Origin: Ignavibacteria bacterium
GTDB taxonomy: Bacteria; Bacteroidota; Ignavibacteria; Kapaibacteriales; UBA4661
DNA length: 64,000 bases
Direction of reading: 5' to 3'
NCBI GenBank assembly: GCA_014654705.1
Contig: JACVZY010000104.1
Location: 16,863 to 80,862 of the forward strand
In this document: positions 19,758-28,953 of the stretch, piece after piece
Layout of the letters: each line of letters opens with the position of its first letter
How positions within the stretch are numbered: position 1 is the first letter of the stretch
Made by a program: the position numbers and the translations under genes
Notes under the pieces: generated by a model
Told to the model about the DNA's origin: nothing
Seen by the model: only the letters and a program-made list of their open reading frames with translations
The model's database searches: none

Positions 19758-20654
19758 TTAACTCGTCAGTTCGATAAACACTTCTTCCAGCGATTGCCGT
19801 GCTTCCGAAAGGTGCGACACATACACGCCCTGTCCGGCAAGATGACGGTTCAGGTCGGACAGATTGCCGCCCTTGAGCGCTACGAATACCGCACCATCAC
19901 GCACGTCTGCTGAAAGCGCACCGTCGTAGGAGCGGACTGCCGTGCGGAGCATATCGGTATTGTCTGCTTCCAAGCGAGCAATATTGCGGCTTGTGAGTTC
20001 TTGCACGGAGCCTTGCTTGACGAGTTTGCCGTTTTTGATGACCGCCACGTGGGTACAGGTTTGCTCCACCTCGTCCAGAAGGTGACTGGAGAGAAACACC
20101 GTTTTGCCTTCGCGCCCAAGTGCTTTGATGATTTCGCGGATTTCGCGGATGCCTTCGGGGTCGAGACCGTTAGCGGGTTCGTCGAGGATGATAATGTCAG
20201 GGTCGGAAAGCATCGCCGAGGCAAGCGAGAGTCGCTGCTTCATACCGAGCGAATACGCTTTGAAAGCATCTTTCTGGCGGTCGGCGAGCTTGACGATACC
20301 TAAAATTTCTTGTACTCGCGCTTCGCCGATATTTTTGATTTTTGCTACGATGCGCAGGTTATCATACCCCGATAGGTATGGATAAAAATTCGGTGTTTCC
20401 AGCGTTGCGCCGATGCGCTTGCGGGCGGCGTTCAGATGTGTGTCGCCAAAAAGCCTGATGTCGCCGCTGGTGCGATTGATGATATCCAAAAGCATCCCGA
20501 TAGTGGTCGTCTTGCCGCTACCGTTCGGTCCCAAAAAACCGAAAATTTGCCCTTGCTCCACGCTAAAGGAAATATTGTCCACAGCGCGTTTTTGCTTGCG
20601 TGAGATGAGGTTTGTGTAAACCTTCGTGAGGTTATTAACTTCGATAATTGGCAT
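19758..20654 (-). CDS. ABC-2 type transporter ATP-binding protein (BcrA-like)
   Basis: GPNGSGKTT, YSLGMKQR, ILDEPANGLDP, SSH. Confidence 0.95.
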   Translation of the reverse strand: MPIIEVNNLTKVYTNLISRKQKRAVDNISFSVEQGQIFGFLGPNGSGKTTTIGMLLDIINRTSGDIRLFGDTHLNAARKRIGATLETPNFYPYLSGYDNLRIVAKIKNIGEARVQEILGIVKLADRQKDAFKAYSLGMKQRLSLASAMLSDPDIIILDEPANGLDPEGIREIREIIKALGREGKTVFLSSHLLDEVEQTCTHVAVIKNGKLVKQGSVQELTSRNIARLEADNTDMLRTAVRSYDGALSADVRDGAVFVALKGGNLSDLNRHLAGQGVYVSHLSEARQSLEEVFIELTS

Positions 20655-20823
20655 AATAATTTTTTCTATTGTTGAGTGTTGAGTTTTGAATGAAAGATGT
20701 CGCAGAGCCGGTTTTAAGCGGTTTTGAAGCCCTCAAGCGAAAACTGCTTTGTCATTTCATCGTTCAATCTTCCATGTCTCGTAATTCTTGGTTGCCTCGT
20801 AATTCCTCATTCGTCATTGATTC

Positions 20824-21675
20824 TTAGAGGTCGGTTCGCTTCAAAAGCAGATAGGATGCTCCGCTGAGAAGAATGATGTAGAGCGCTGCACACGCCCAAA
20901 CGGTCTGCGTGGTGAGGTCGAAGGTAACAGCTTGACCGGACATTTTTGCCATTTTTGCCGCAAAGAAGTCGGCATCATAGCGACCGGGCTTCACGACTTC
21001 GCGGAAAATGTTGATAGGCAGATAATGGAAATAATCGGCAAAGGGGCGAAGGGATTCTTTCAAGCGCAGAAGATTAGGCGCTATCTGCTCCACGACGGTC
21101 GAGTAAAAGAAAAAGAGACCGATGGCGGTGCCGGTATTGCGCGAGGCAATGCCGAAGAGCGTCGCAATTAAGCCAAAGCCAATGAGCATGACGAAAAATG
21201 CACCCATCATTTGCAAGTCCACGCCGCGAATAATTGCACCTGTAATCTCACTTTTATCGACAATGATATAGCCGAAAATCATCACCAGCAGAAAGTAAAT
21301 CACAAAAAACACCACTGCCATAAAGAGGACAAACACCATTTTCGCAAGGAAAAACTGCTCGCGCGCGAGTCCGTCAATGATATTCTGGCGCGAGGTTTTG
21401 AAGACAAATTCGCTCCCCACAAAAATACAAACTATCACGGGCAAAAACAGACGCGCCATCGAAGCCACGTCCAGCCCTTGCAGGTCGAGCATCAGCCCCC
21501 AGCCTTGCGGAACGGCAATAGATACGAGCTTTTGGTCGTTCACCGTGATAGCGCCGCCATGACCGAAGGCAGCCGCCATGATGGGTATGAAAAAGAGCAG
21601 GAATAACCCTAGCGACACCCAGAAGGCGCGTCGTTTCAGGGTTTTGATAAGTTCAATTTGGAGAAGTGCAAGCAT
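20824..21675 (-). CDS. ABC-2 type transporter permease
   Basis: About 6 TM segments; GSEF..KT.RQNIIDG; ends KRTDL; upstream of the ATPase. Confidence 0.85.
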   Translation of the reverse strand: MLALLQIELIKTLKRRAFWVSLGLFLLFFIPIMAAAFGHGGAITVNDQKLVSIAVPQGWGLMLDLQGLDVASMARLFLPVIVCIFVGSEFVFKTSRQNIIDGLAREQFFLAKMVFVLFMAVVFFVIYFLLVMIFGYIIVDKSEITGAIIRGVDLQMMGAFFVMLIGFGLIATLFGIASRNTGTAIGLFFFYSTVVEQIAPNLLRLKESLRPFADYFHYLPINIFREVVKPGRYDADFFAAKMAKMSGQAVTFDLTTQTVWACAALYIILLSGASYLLLKRTDL

Positions 21676-21875
21676 ATTGCCGAACAATGAGTGAAAAAAA
21701 TACAGTTGTGGTCAAATATACAGACTTTGCAGAATTTTGTTGCAGCCATACCGAAAAATCTTCGTGCAGATGGCGTTTGGTTTCCAGTAGAAAAGCGTGT
21801 ATTTTCGGCACAAAACGGAAGTGTTTTTCTTAACCAAGCCTTACCGTACGCCAACATCGAACCATAAAGCGCCTT

Positions 21876-23510
21876 ATGAAAACCCCTGCAAAAAAGCCAT
21901 CACTGACAACTCTTCGCAAAGCTGTGTTTGAGCAGACTGCCGCCGGGATTGTGATTGTCTCCGTTGGTGAGGTTGTTCCGTCTCAGGAAGGCTCCGGTCT
22001 GTACGAGAAAGATGCAGCACGATTGCCATTGTGCCAGATTAGTACTGCTAATCCCGCCTTTGCTTCTATGCTGGGCGAAGGTCAAAAAACAATCGTTGGC
22101 TCAAACCTTTTAGACTATGTTGACGAAAAAGACAAAGACGTGGTTGCCGATGTTTTGTCGTTGGGGGTCGCGCAACTGCTGACTGCAAAGCACATTCACA
22201 CGGACGGTACGCCTTTTTATGCGCAAGTGCAGACAACGCCCCTAAGCAATATTGATGCGCCCCAGAAGTACGTGCTCTGTACCTACACTGATATTACCGA
22301 CCTCATTCAAACGAATGAATCGCTCACCGAAGATAATGAGCGGCTTGCGGGCGACGTAAAGCAAAAAACGCAGGATTTGCAGGAGTTCATTGATGAAATC
22401 CGCGTGGAATTGAATAAGCGGAGTGAACTAGAAGCTGAGCTTTGGCAAGCTGAGAAGCGCTATCGGTCGCTGGCACAAAATTTCCCGAATGGCGCGGTTA
22501 TTCTCTTGGATAAAAAATTGCATTGTATTCTTGCTGAAGGCACGCAAGCAGAGAAGCTGCCTCTTCATGATGACGGTACCGTGCGCACTCTCGCCGAGCC
22601 GCTTGCGTCCGCTGCCGAAGCTGCAATTATGCAAGCATTCGAGGGGAAATCGCACTCATTTGAGATTGCGCTGGGTGGTGAGCCGTATCTGGTGTATTCG
22701 GTGCCGATTACGGCTGCTCGGAAGATGGTTGATGCGGTGATGCTCGTTTGTCAAAATATCACCGATTTCAAGACCCGCCAAATGCTGGAGCAGGAGCGCG
22801 AAATGACCGCGCTCAAATACGGCTTCGTAACGATTGCCTCGCATGAGCTTCGCACGCCGCTCGCCGGAATGATGCTGGCTTCGGGAATTCTACGCCGTTA
22901 TTGGCATACTACTACCAACGAGGACAAATGGGAATCCGTGCAAGATATTATCACAGGTTTGGAGCGGATGGCAAGTTTGCTGGATAATATTCTGCTGGTT
23001 GGGAAATCGGATTCGGGTAAATTGCCGTTTGAGCCGACGGATATTGACCTCGTGTTTTTTTGTCGCGAGTTAGTGCGCGAGCACGAAAAAAGTCTAGGGC
23101 AGACGCATATCACACACGCCGAGTACGCCGTCGAAACATTGCCATTTTATGCCGATCCCAAGCTCTTACGGCTTATTTTCGGCAATTTACTTTCCAATGC
23201 GTACAAGTATTCTCCTTTCAACACCGAAGTACGCTTTGCCGTCGAAGCTAAGCCGGAAGCAGCCATCATCACGATTCAAGATTCCGGCATCGGCATCACG
23301 CCGGAGGATTTGCCCAAGCTCTTTGCCACCTTTCACAGGGGAAAAAATGTGGGCGAAATTCAGGGAAGCGGCTTGGGGCTTGCTATTGTGGAACGCGCCG
23401 TGAATATGCACAACGGCACGATTGAGGTGGAAAGCACGGTAAACGTCGGTACTACCTTCCGCGTGATTCTGCCGTATACCTCGCCTACGGATGTAGCTGT
23501 GCAACCTTGA
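21876..23510 (+). CDS. Cytoplasmic PAS-PAS sensor histidine kinase (no adjacent regulator)
   Basis: Two PAS-like domains, ASHELRTPL, NLLSNAYKYS, DSGIGI, GSGLGLAI. Confidence 0.92.
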   Translation: MKTPAKKPSLTTLRKAVFEQTAAGIVIVSVGEVVPSQEGSGLYEKDAARLPLCQISTANPAFASMLGEGQKTIVGSNLLDYVDEKDKDVVADVLSLGVAQLLTAKHIHTDGTPFYAQVQTTPLSNIDAPQKYVLCTYTDITDLIQTNESLTEDNERLAGDVKQKTQDLQEFIDEIRVELNKRSELEAELWQAEKRYRSLAQNFPNGAVILLDKKLHCILAEGTQAEKLPLHDDGTVRTLAEPLASAAEAAIMQAFEGKSHSFEIALGGEPYLVYSVPITAARKMVDAVMLVCQNITDFKTRQMLEQEREMTALKYGFVTIASHELRTPLAGMMLASGILRRYWHTTTNEDKWESVQDIITGLERMASLLDNILLVGKSDSGKLPFEPTDIDLVFFCRELVREHEKSLGQTHITHAEYAVETLPFYADPKLLRLIFGNLLSNAYKYSPFNTEVRFAVEAKPEAAIITIQDSGIGITPEDLPKLFATFHRGKNVGEIQGSGLGLAIVERAVNMHNGTIEVESTVNVGTTFRVILPYTSPTDVAVQP

Positions 23511-23621
23511 GCGATATTTTTCGTCCTTAGTTTTCTACCTACCTCAGGAAATGGAAATTCGGCTATGATGCTTGCATTAAGTGGATTTGCTATTCCTCTC
23601 TTCTCATTTTTATTGTTGTTC

Positions 23622-24995
23622 ATGTCAATACCGCATCAATCGCCACTCAAAACACATTTCCTCCGCTACGCATCGCATTACCGCACGACGATTGCCCTTG
23701 CTGTGCCAGTGATGTTCACCCAAATCGGGCATATGATTGTTCAAATCACTGACAATATCATGGTCGGGCGCATCGGTACGATACCGCTCGCAGCCTCGTC
23801 GTTTGGGCATAATGTCTTTATTGCTGGTTTGCTTTTTTGCATCGGTTTTTCGGCTGCTATGACCCCCTTCGTCGGCGCTGCTTCCGGCAAAGGCGACATC
23901 CGCAAAACAGCATCGTGGCTCAAGAACGGCTTCATTGCTAATGTTCTGATGGGCTTGTTGGTAACGTCGGTGATGCTTGTTGTTGGTTTTTTCTTAGAAA
24001 ATATGGGGCAAAAGCCTGAAGTGGCAAGGCTTGCAAGACCATTCTACTTTTTGATGATTTTTTCTATTCCGCCCGTGATGCTGTTCCAATCGCTGAAGCA
24101 ATTCTCCGAAGGCATAGGAAACACAAGGGTCGCAGCTATTATCACCGTGCAGGAAATCATCATCAACATCGGGTTGAACTACGTTCTGATAAACGGTAAA
24201 CTTGGGTTTCCTGCGCTTGGTATCACGGGTTCGGGCATTGCGACGCTTATTGCACGGTGCTCTATGATTACGACCTTTGCACTTATTTTCCGATGGAGCG
24301 AATTTTATGCACCATACCGCGCCGCACTCCGCGAGGTGCGTGTTGACAGGGCAAGCGTCATTCGTTACATTCGGCTTGGTGTACCGCTTGGCGGGCAGAC
24401 GATTCTGGAAGTAGCAGCCTTTGCAATGGGCGCGATTATGATGGGCTGGCTGGGCGCAATTGAACTGGCAGCTCACCAAATTGCAATGGGAGCAGCAGCT
24501 CTAACGTTCATGGGCGCAACAGGTATTTCGGCTGCTGCTACCATCCGCGTTAGCCAGTTCTATGGCGCAGGCGACCGAGCAAATATGCGCTCTGCGGGCT
24601 TTGCAGCGTCGCACGTGGTCTTGGCATATATGTCGCTGACGGCGTTGGCGTTTGTGCTGCTTCGCTTCTGGATACCGACGGTTTATATTACTGACCCCGC
24701 CGTGATAGCAATGGCAGCCGGTTTGCTGATGATAGCTGCGCTTTTTCAGCTGTTCGACGGCATCCAAACGGTGATGCTCGGCACACTCCGCGCTCTTGCC
24801 GATGCAAAAGTACCGACGATTATTGCCTTTGTGGCGTATATCCTTGTGTCGCTGCCCATTAGCTATATGGCGGCGTTTATCTGGCAATGGCGTGAAATTG
24901 GCATTTGGACGGGGTATCTGGCGGGCTTGAGCGTCGCTTCGACTTTCTTCTACGTGCGCTTCTTCCGCAGAAGCCGCACGATTCCTTTTGCGTAA
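23622..24995 (+). CDS. MATE family efflux transporter (NorM-like)
   Basis: 12 TM pattern; DNIMVGRIG, LAAHQIA, FQLFDGIQ. Confidence 0.93.
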   Translation: MSIPHQSPLKTHFLRYASHYRTTIALAVPVMFTQIGHMIVQITDNIMVGRIGTIPLAASSFGHNVFIAGLLFCIGFSAAMTPFVGAASGKGDIRKTASWLKNGFIANVLMGLLVTSVMLVVGFFLENMGQKPEVARLARPFYFLMIFSIPPVMLFQSLKQFSEGIGNTRVAAIITVQEIIINIGLNYVLINGKLGFPALGITGSGIATLIARCSMITTFALIFRWSEFYAPYRAALREVRVDRASVIRYIRLGVPLGGQTILEVAAFAMGAIMMGWLGAIELAAHQIAMGAAALTFMGATGISAAATIRVSQFYGAGDRANMRSAGFAASHVVLAYMSLTALAFVLLRFWIPTVYITDPAVIAMAAGLLMIAALFQLFDGIQTVMLGTLRALADAKVPTIIAFVAYILVSLPISYMAAFIWQWREIGIWTGYLAGLSVASTFFYVRFFRRSRTIPFA

Positions 24996-25027
24996 AAGGT
25001 TTTACTACGAAAAAAAATGTAAAAAAA

Positions 25028-25060
25028 AAAACCTCACAAGAACTGGTCTTGTGAGGTTTT
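25028..25060. terminator. Bidirectional hairpin between convergent MATE and amtB genes
   Basis: aaaacctcacaaga-actgg-tcttgtgaggtttt with flanking A/T runs. Confidence 0.7.
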
Positions 25061-25175
25061 CTTTGATGCACCGAACCACCAAACAAACGTGATTCTATGC
25101 TCTTCAAAGATGGAGTGTGTGTGAATTTCCCCTAAAAAATTGTCGTGTTCTTTCTCCTATGTTTATTGCGAATGG

Positions 25176-26549
25176 CTATGAATCTGCTTCTTCCGATACT
25201 AACGTGCGAACTTTCTCCATCAAAGTTTCGTCGTCGCTATCTATCATACTTTCACCGTGCTGGCTCATGTCGAGACCCATTTCTTCTTGGTCTTCGCTAA
25301 CGCGGAGTGGCGTAATCAAGTCCACCAGTTTGTAGAGTAGGAACGAGCCGCCAAAAGCAAACGTGCTGACAATGAGTAGTGCCGCGAGGTGCATGAGAAA
25401 GGTATGTGTCTGTCCTGTCATCAATCCCACGCCCGAAGCAAATACGCCTGTGGCAAGCATACCAAATGCCCCACCGATGCCGTGGCAAGGGAATACGTCC
25501 AGCGTGTCATCCAGCGTAGATTTTGATTTGAAATAGACGGCAATATTGCTCACCACTGCTGCCAAGGCGCCAATGATAATACTTGCGCCCACGCTCACAT
25601 AGCCTGCCGCCGGCGTGATTGCGACCAAGCCCACAACAGCGCCAATACACGCGCCAAGTGCCGACGGCTTGCGCCCACGCATGCCGTCGAAAAATACCCA
25701 TGCCAGAGCTGCTGCGCCCGAAGCGGTGTTTGTTGTAGTGAATGCCATAGCGGCTGTTTCATTTGCGGCAAGTGCCGAGCCTGCATTGAAGCCAAACCAG
25801 CCGAACCAAAGCATTCCCGTACCCAAAAGCACAAACGGGATATTGGCGGGGGAGTGTGTCTCGCTGTTCACGTGGACTTTTCGGCGACCAAGCACCATTG
25901 CGCCCGCCAATGCTGCAAAACCTGCGGACATATGGACAACGGTACCGCCCGCGAAATCCAGAACCCCCCATTTGCGGAGAAAGCCGTCAGGGTGCCATGT
26001 CCAGTGTGCAAGAGGCGCATAAATGAACAAACAAAACAGGCACATGAAAAGTAAGTAGCTCGAAAAGCGCACCCGCTCTGCAAACGAACCCGTAATGAGC
26101 GCCGGGGTAATAATGGCAAACTTGAGCTGGAACATGGCAAAAAGCACAAGCGGAATCGTTGGTGACAAGGCGGGATGCGTACCGCCGCCGACGTGGTTAA
26201 ACATGAAGAACGTCATGGGATTGCCAATAACGCCGCCAATACTGTCGCCGAAGGACATACTGAAGCCCACCACCACCCACAGAACGCTAATCACGCCCAT
26301 CGCAATAAAACTCTGGAGCATGGTCGAAATCACGTTCTGACGGCGAACCATACCGCCGTAGAAAAACGACAAGCCGGGGGTCATAAATAATACCAACCCT
26401 GATGCAGCCAGCATCCATGCTACGTCGCCGGTATTGATTGGACCGCCCTGCACAAGTGGTGCGGAAGGCGGAGTAAAAACTCCCATAATGCTTACAAGCA
26501 TCAGCAAGGCGAAAGGGACAAGCCACTTTTTATTGAACGATGTTACCAT
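25176..26549 (-). CDS. amtB: Ammonium transporter
   Basis: MTPGLSFFYGG, DFAGGTVVH, LWFGWFGFNAGS, DDTLDVFPCHG. Confidence 0.95.
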   Translation of the reverse strand: MVTSFNKKWLVPFALLMLVSIMGVFTPPSAPLVQGGPINTGDVAWMLAASGLVLFMTPGLSFFYGGMVRRQNVISTMLQSFIAMGVISVLWVVVGFSMSFGDSIGGVIGNPMTFFMFNHVGGGTHPALSPTIPLVLFAMFQLKFAIITPALITGSFAERVRFSSYLLFMCLFCLFIYAPLAHWTWHPDGFLRKWGVLDFAGGTVVHMSAGFAALAGAMVLGRRKVHVNSETHSPANIPFVLLGTGMLWFGWFGFNAGSALAANETAAMAFTTTNTASGAAALAWVFFDGMRGRKPSALGACIGAVVGLVAITPAAGYVSVGASIIIGALAAVVSNIAVYFKSKSTLDDTLDVFPCHGIGGAFGMLATGVFASGVGLMTGQTHTFLMHLAALLIVSTFAFGGSFLLYKLVDLITPLRVSEDQEEMGLDMSQHGESMIDSDDETLMEKVRTLVSEEADS

Positions 26550-26970
26550 GACAAAATCCTAAAAAAATGAAACAATTTGAACATATCTCTGAAGAAAATT
26601 CTGAATAACTCTCTTGAAAAGCTATTTATTGATGTAAAATTTGCTGTTGGGTACAAATAACGTAAAAAAACAAACTAATGTCAATAGAAAAGTAAAAATA
26701 TAATGTTTTTGACTAAAATACTTAAAATTTTAATTCGCTTGCAGCGAAGAATTGACAAAATGTGGTGGGAAAGAGGGTAAATTACCATAGTTTGTTTGCT
26801 CGTTGTACCTCATGCGGGTTCTTGAAGGAGAGGTAAAATAGTGCTTGGGTAGTACCAAATGAAAATTTCGCTGGTAAAACCAAACACCTTTTGTATTTTC
26901 GCAAGTTATTTTTCTTCAATAAGCAATACACGTCTTTCGGCACATTTCACAATTTCAAATAAGCGAAAAT

Positions 26971-27528
26971 ATGATTATCATTTTCTTTGGCGCTCCGGGT
27001 GTTGGCAAGGGTACGCAAGCTGCGTTGCTGGCTGAACGCATGGGTTACGGTCATCTTTCTACGGGGGAGGCGCTTCGCACTGCCATTGCTGCGCAGACGG
27101 ACATCGGCAAGATTGCCAAGCAGGTTGTGGATGCAGGCGGTCTTGTCTCCGATGATATTGTAACGAAGATAGTCGAAGAAACCCTGATGTTGCCGAAGTT
27201 TCAAGCCGGCACAATTTTAGACGGTTATCCCCGCACGATTGGTCAGGCAACGGCTTTAGAAGAAATTCTTCGTGCCACAGGAAAAAAAGTCGCCGTCGTT
27301 ATCAACATCACCGTTGACCAAGAAACACTCGTGCAGCGCCTTCTGCTGCGAGGGCGCAAGGACGACAACGAAGAAACAATTCGCGCTCGCTTCGCGGTGT
27401 ACGAAAAAGAAACCGCACCATTGCTGGATTTTTATGCAAAAATGCCAAATCTGATTCATACGCTTGATGGCAATGCAGAAGTCGAAACGGTCTATACCCG
27501 CGTGAAGGCTGCTGTGGAGAGTATCTAG
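26971..27528 (+). CDS. adk: Adenylate kinase (short, LID-less)
   Basis: GAPGVGKGTQ, LDGYPRT, RGRKDD. Confidence 0.93.
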   Translation: MIIIFFGAPGVGKGTQAALLAERMGYGHLSTGEALRTAIAAQTDIGKIAKQVVDAGGLVSDDIVTKIVEETLMLPKFQAGTILDGYPRTIGQATALEEILRATGKKVAVVINITVDQETLVQRLLLRGRKDDNEETIRARFAVYEKETAPLLDFYAKMPNLIHTLDGNAEVETVYTRVKAAVESI

Positions 27529-27571
27529 GGATTGCACAAAAAAAATAAAGTGTCGAAGTTTTTTGGCTTCG

Positions 27572-27658
27572 GTAGCACAGACATTCCTGTCTGTGAGGTT
27601 TGAAGCGGCTTTCAAGGACTACACAGACAAGATGAGCGCGGTGCTCAGTCTGTGCCAC
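27572..27658. repeat. GTAG-type REP-like inverted doublet
   Basis: gtagcacagacattcctgtctgtg followed by an inverted copy cacagacaaga-tgagcgcggtgctca-gtctgtgccac. Confidence 0.7.
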
Positions 27659-27815
27659 TATTAAAGAAATATTCACTTATTTTTGAACGATTCCTAGGTA
27701 GTTTTGAGTGCCGAATGTGGAGTTCCAAAGCCTACAAAACTAACAATAGAAAGCCTCTAGCATGATTTGCTCGAAATGGGGCACTACCCGAAAGAACTGT
27801 GGCGTGAAAGAAAAC

Positions 27816-27851
27816 AAAAAAGCCGCTTGAAATAATTCAAGCGGCTTTTTT
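27816..27851. terminator. Bidirectional intrinsic terminator
   Basis: aaaaaagccgcttgaa-ataa-ttcaagcggctttttt. Confidence 0.85.
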
Positions 27852-27887
27852 CGTTATTTCCTTTGATAAACCTCACGTTGATGAATC

Positions 27888-28793
27888 TCAGACTCCGGCT
27901 TTGACAATAATCGGTTTTTGCTTTAGTCCGAGCGACTGGCGGTTTTTCCAGAGTGTTCCTTCAATCGTGGATCTCGCAAGCGATGGGTCAATGTAGGAGC
28001 CGGAGCGCAGGCGGTAGTACGATTGCCCGAATCTATCGACATACACTTCCACGCGGGCATCGCGCACACCGTTGCGCATCAGGAACGACCTGGCTTGCAA
28101 GGCATCGTCTTGGCTTTTCAGCGAGCAGTATTGAATGACGTAGTAGTTCGGATTGGACAGATTATTGCCAAGATTGGGCAGGGAGCCGTATTTTGACGGT
28201 CGTGCGGGCATATCCGAAGGAGCAGGGGTTTTTGTTACCATGCCGCCCGATAAAGGAATGCTTTTGCCCATTTCTCGCTGCGAAGCAGCTCCTGCGGCTG
28301 AACCCGGACGGCTATTCAATACAAATTTTCGTTCAAACATAACATCATCATCGCCCGCGCTCTTGGGAGTGCGAATAATCTGCGTTTGCTGTCCGGCAAG
28401 GCGAGTAGTCATGCCGTAGCTTTGTGGCACTTCGGAGAGCACAATGTAATATGTTCGGCGAGCTTGCAAGGGTACGGTTTCGCCGGAACGCACAGTGTTG
28501 GAACGGTTTGTGGCGCTGTCAATGACTTGTAGGTCAATATCGGAGCGGTATTTCTCCTTGCCCACCTCATTACCAGAGCTGTTGTACTGATGCTCAACCA
28601 CATCCAGCGAAAGCCAAATTTTGCCCTCCTGCATTTTACTGATAGCGTTTGCAGCAGGGGTGGCAGTGGATTTTTTCACGGTTGCGTTCGTCGGCTTTTG
28701 TGCAAAAAGCGTCATGCAATTAAGCGCGAGTAAAGCGGACAGCGCAGAAAGCGAGTGTCGGCGGACTGAACGGCGGACTATTGTTGAATTCAT
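27888..28793 (-). CDS. Secreted/periplasmic protein with C-terminal SPOR peptidoglycan-binding domain
   Basis: Signal peptide LFA|Q; YVIQYCSLKSQDDA...YYRLRSGSY SPOR-like motif. Confidence 0.7.
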   Translation of the reverse strand: MNSTIVRRSVRRHSLSALSALLALNCMTLFAQKPTNATVKKSTATPAANAISKMQEGKIWLSLDVVEHQYNSSGNEVGKEKYRSDIDLQVIDSATNRSNTVRSGETVPLQARRTYYIVLSEVPQSYGMTTRLAGQQTQIIRTPKSAGDDDVMFERKFVLNSRPGSAAGAASQREMGKSIPLSGGMVTKTPAPSDMPARPSKYGSLPNLGNNLSNPNYYVIQYCSLKSQDDALQARSFLMRNGVRDARVEVYVDRFGQSYYRLRSGSYIDPSLARSTIEGTLWKNRQSLGLKQKPIIVKAGV

Positions 28794-28902
28794 AGCAGTG
28801 TAAAAAACAACACGGTAAAATTCGTTTGTGGGACGCACATTACCGCATTCTACTGAAAATTTCCACAGCAAAATGCGTATATTGGGCGTTCAAATCTATT
28901 CA

Positions 28903-28918
28903 TTCAATTTCGGTGCCA
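28903..28918 (-). promoter_or_regulatory. Putative sigma54 promoter for the SPOR gene
   Basis: Minus strand reads TGGCACCGAAATTGAA, ~110 nt upstream of ATG 28793. Confidence 0.6.
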
Positions 28919-28953
28919 ATTTTCTCAATGTAGCCTTTTACTGGCTCTTTTTC

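Noticed and set aside
20670-20822. Short heptamer-like repeats (ttgagtg, tcgtaat) between the ABC genes
   Set aside because: Only 2-3 degenerate copies; not an array and no associated gene
25176-26970. amtB without glnK, and its AT-rich upstream region
   Set aside because: Unlinked amtB is not unusual; no convincing operator or sigma54 site was found
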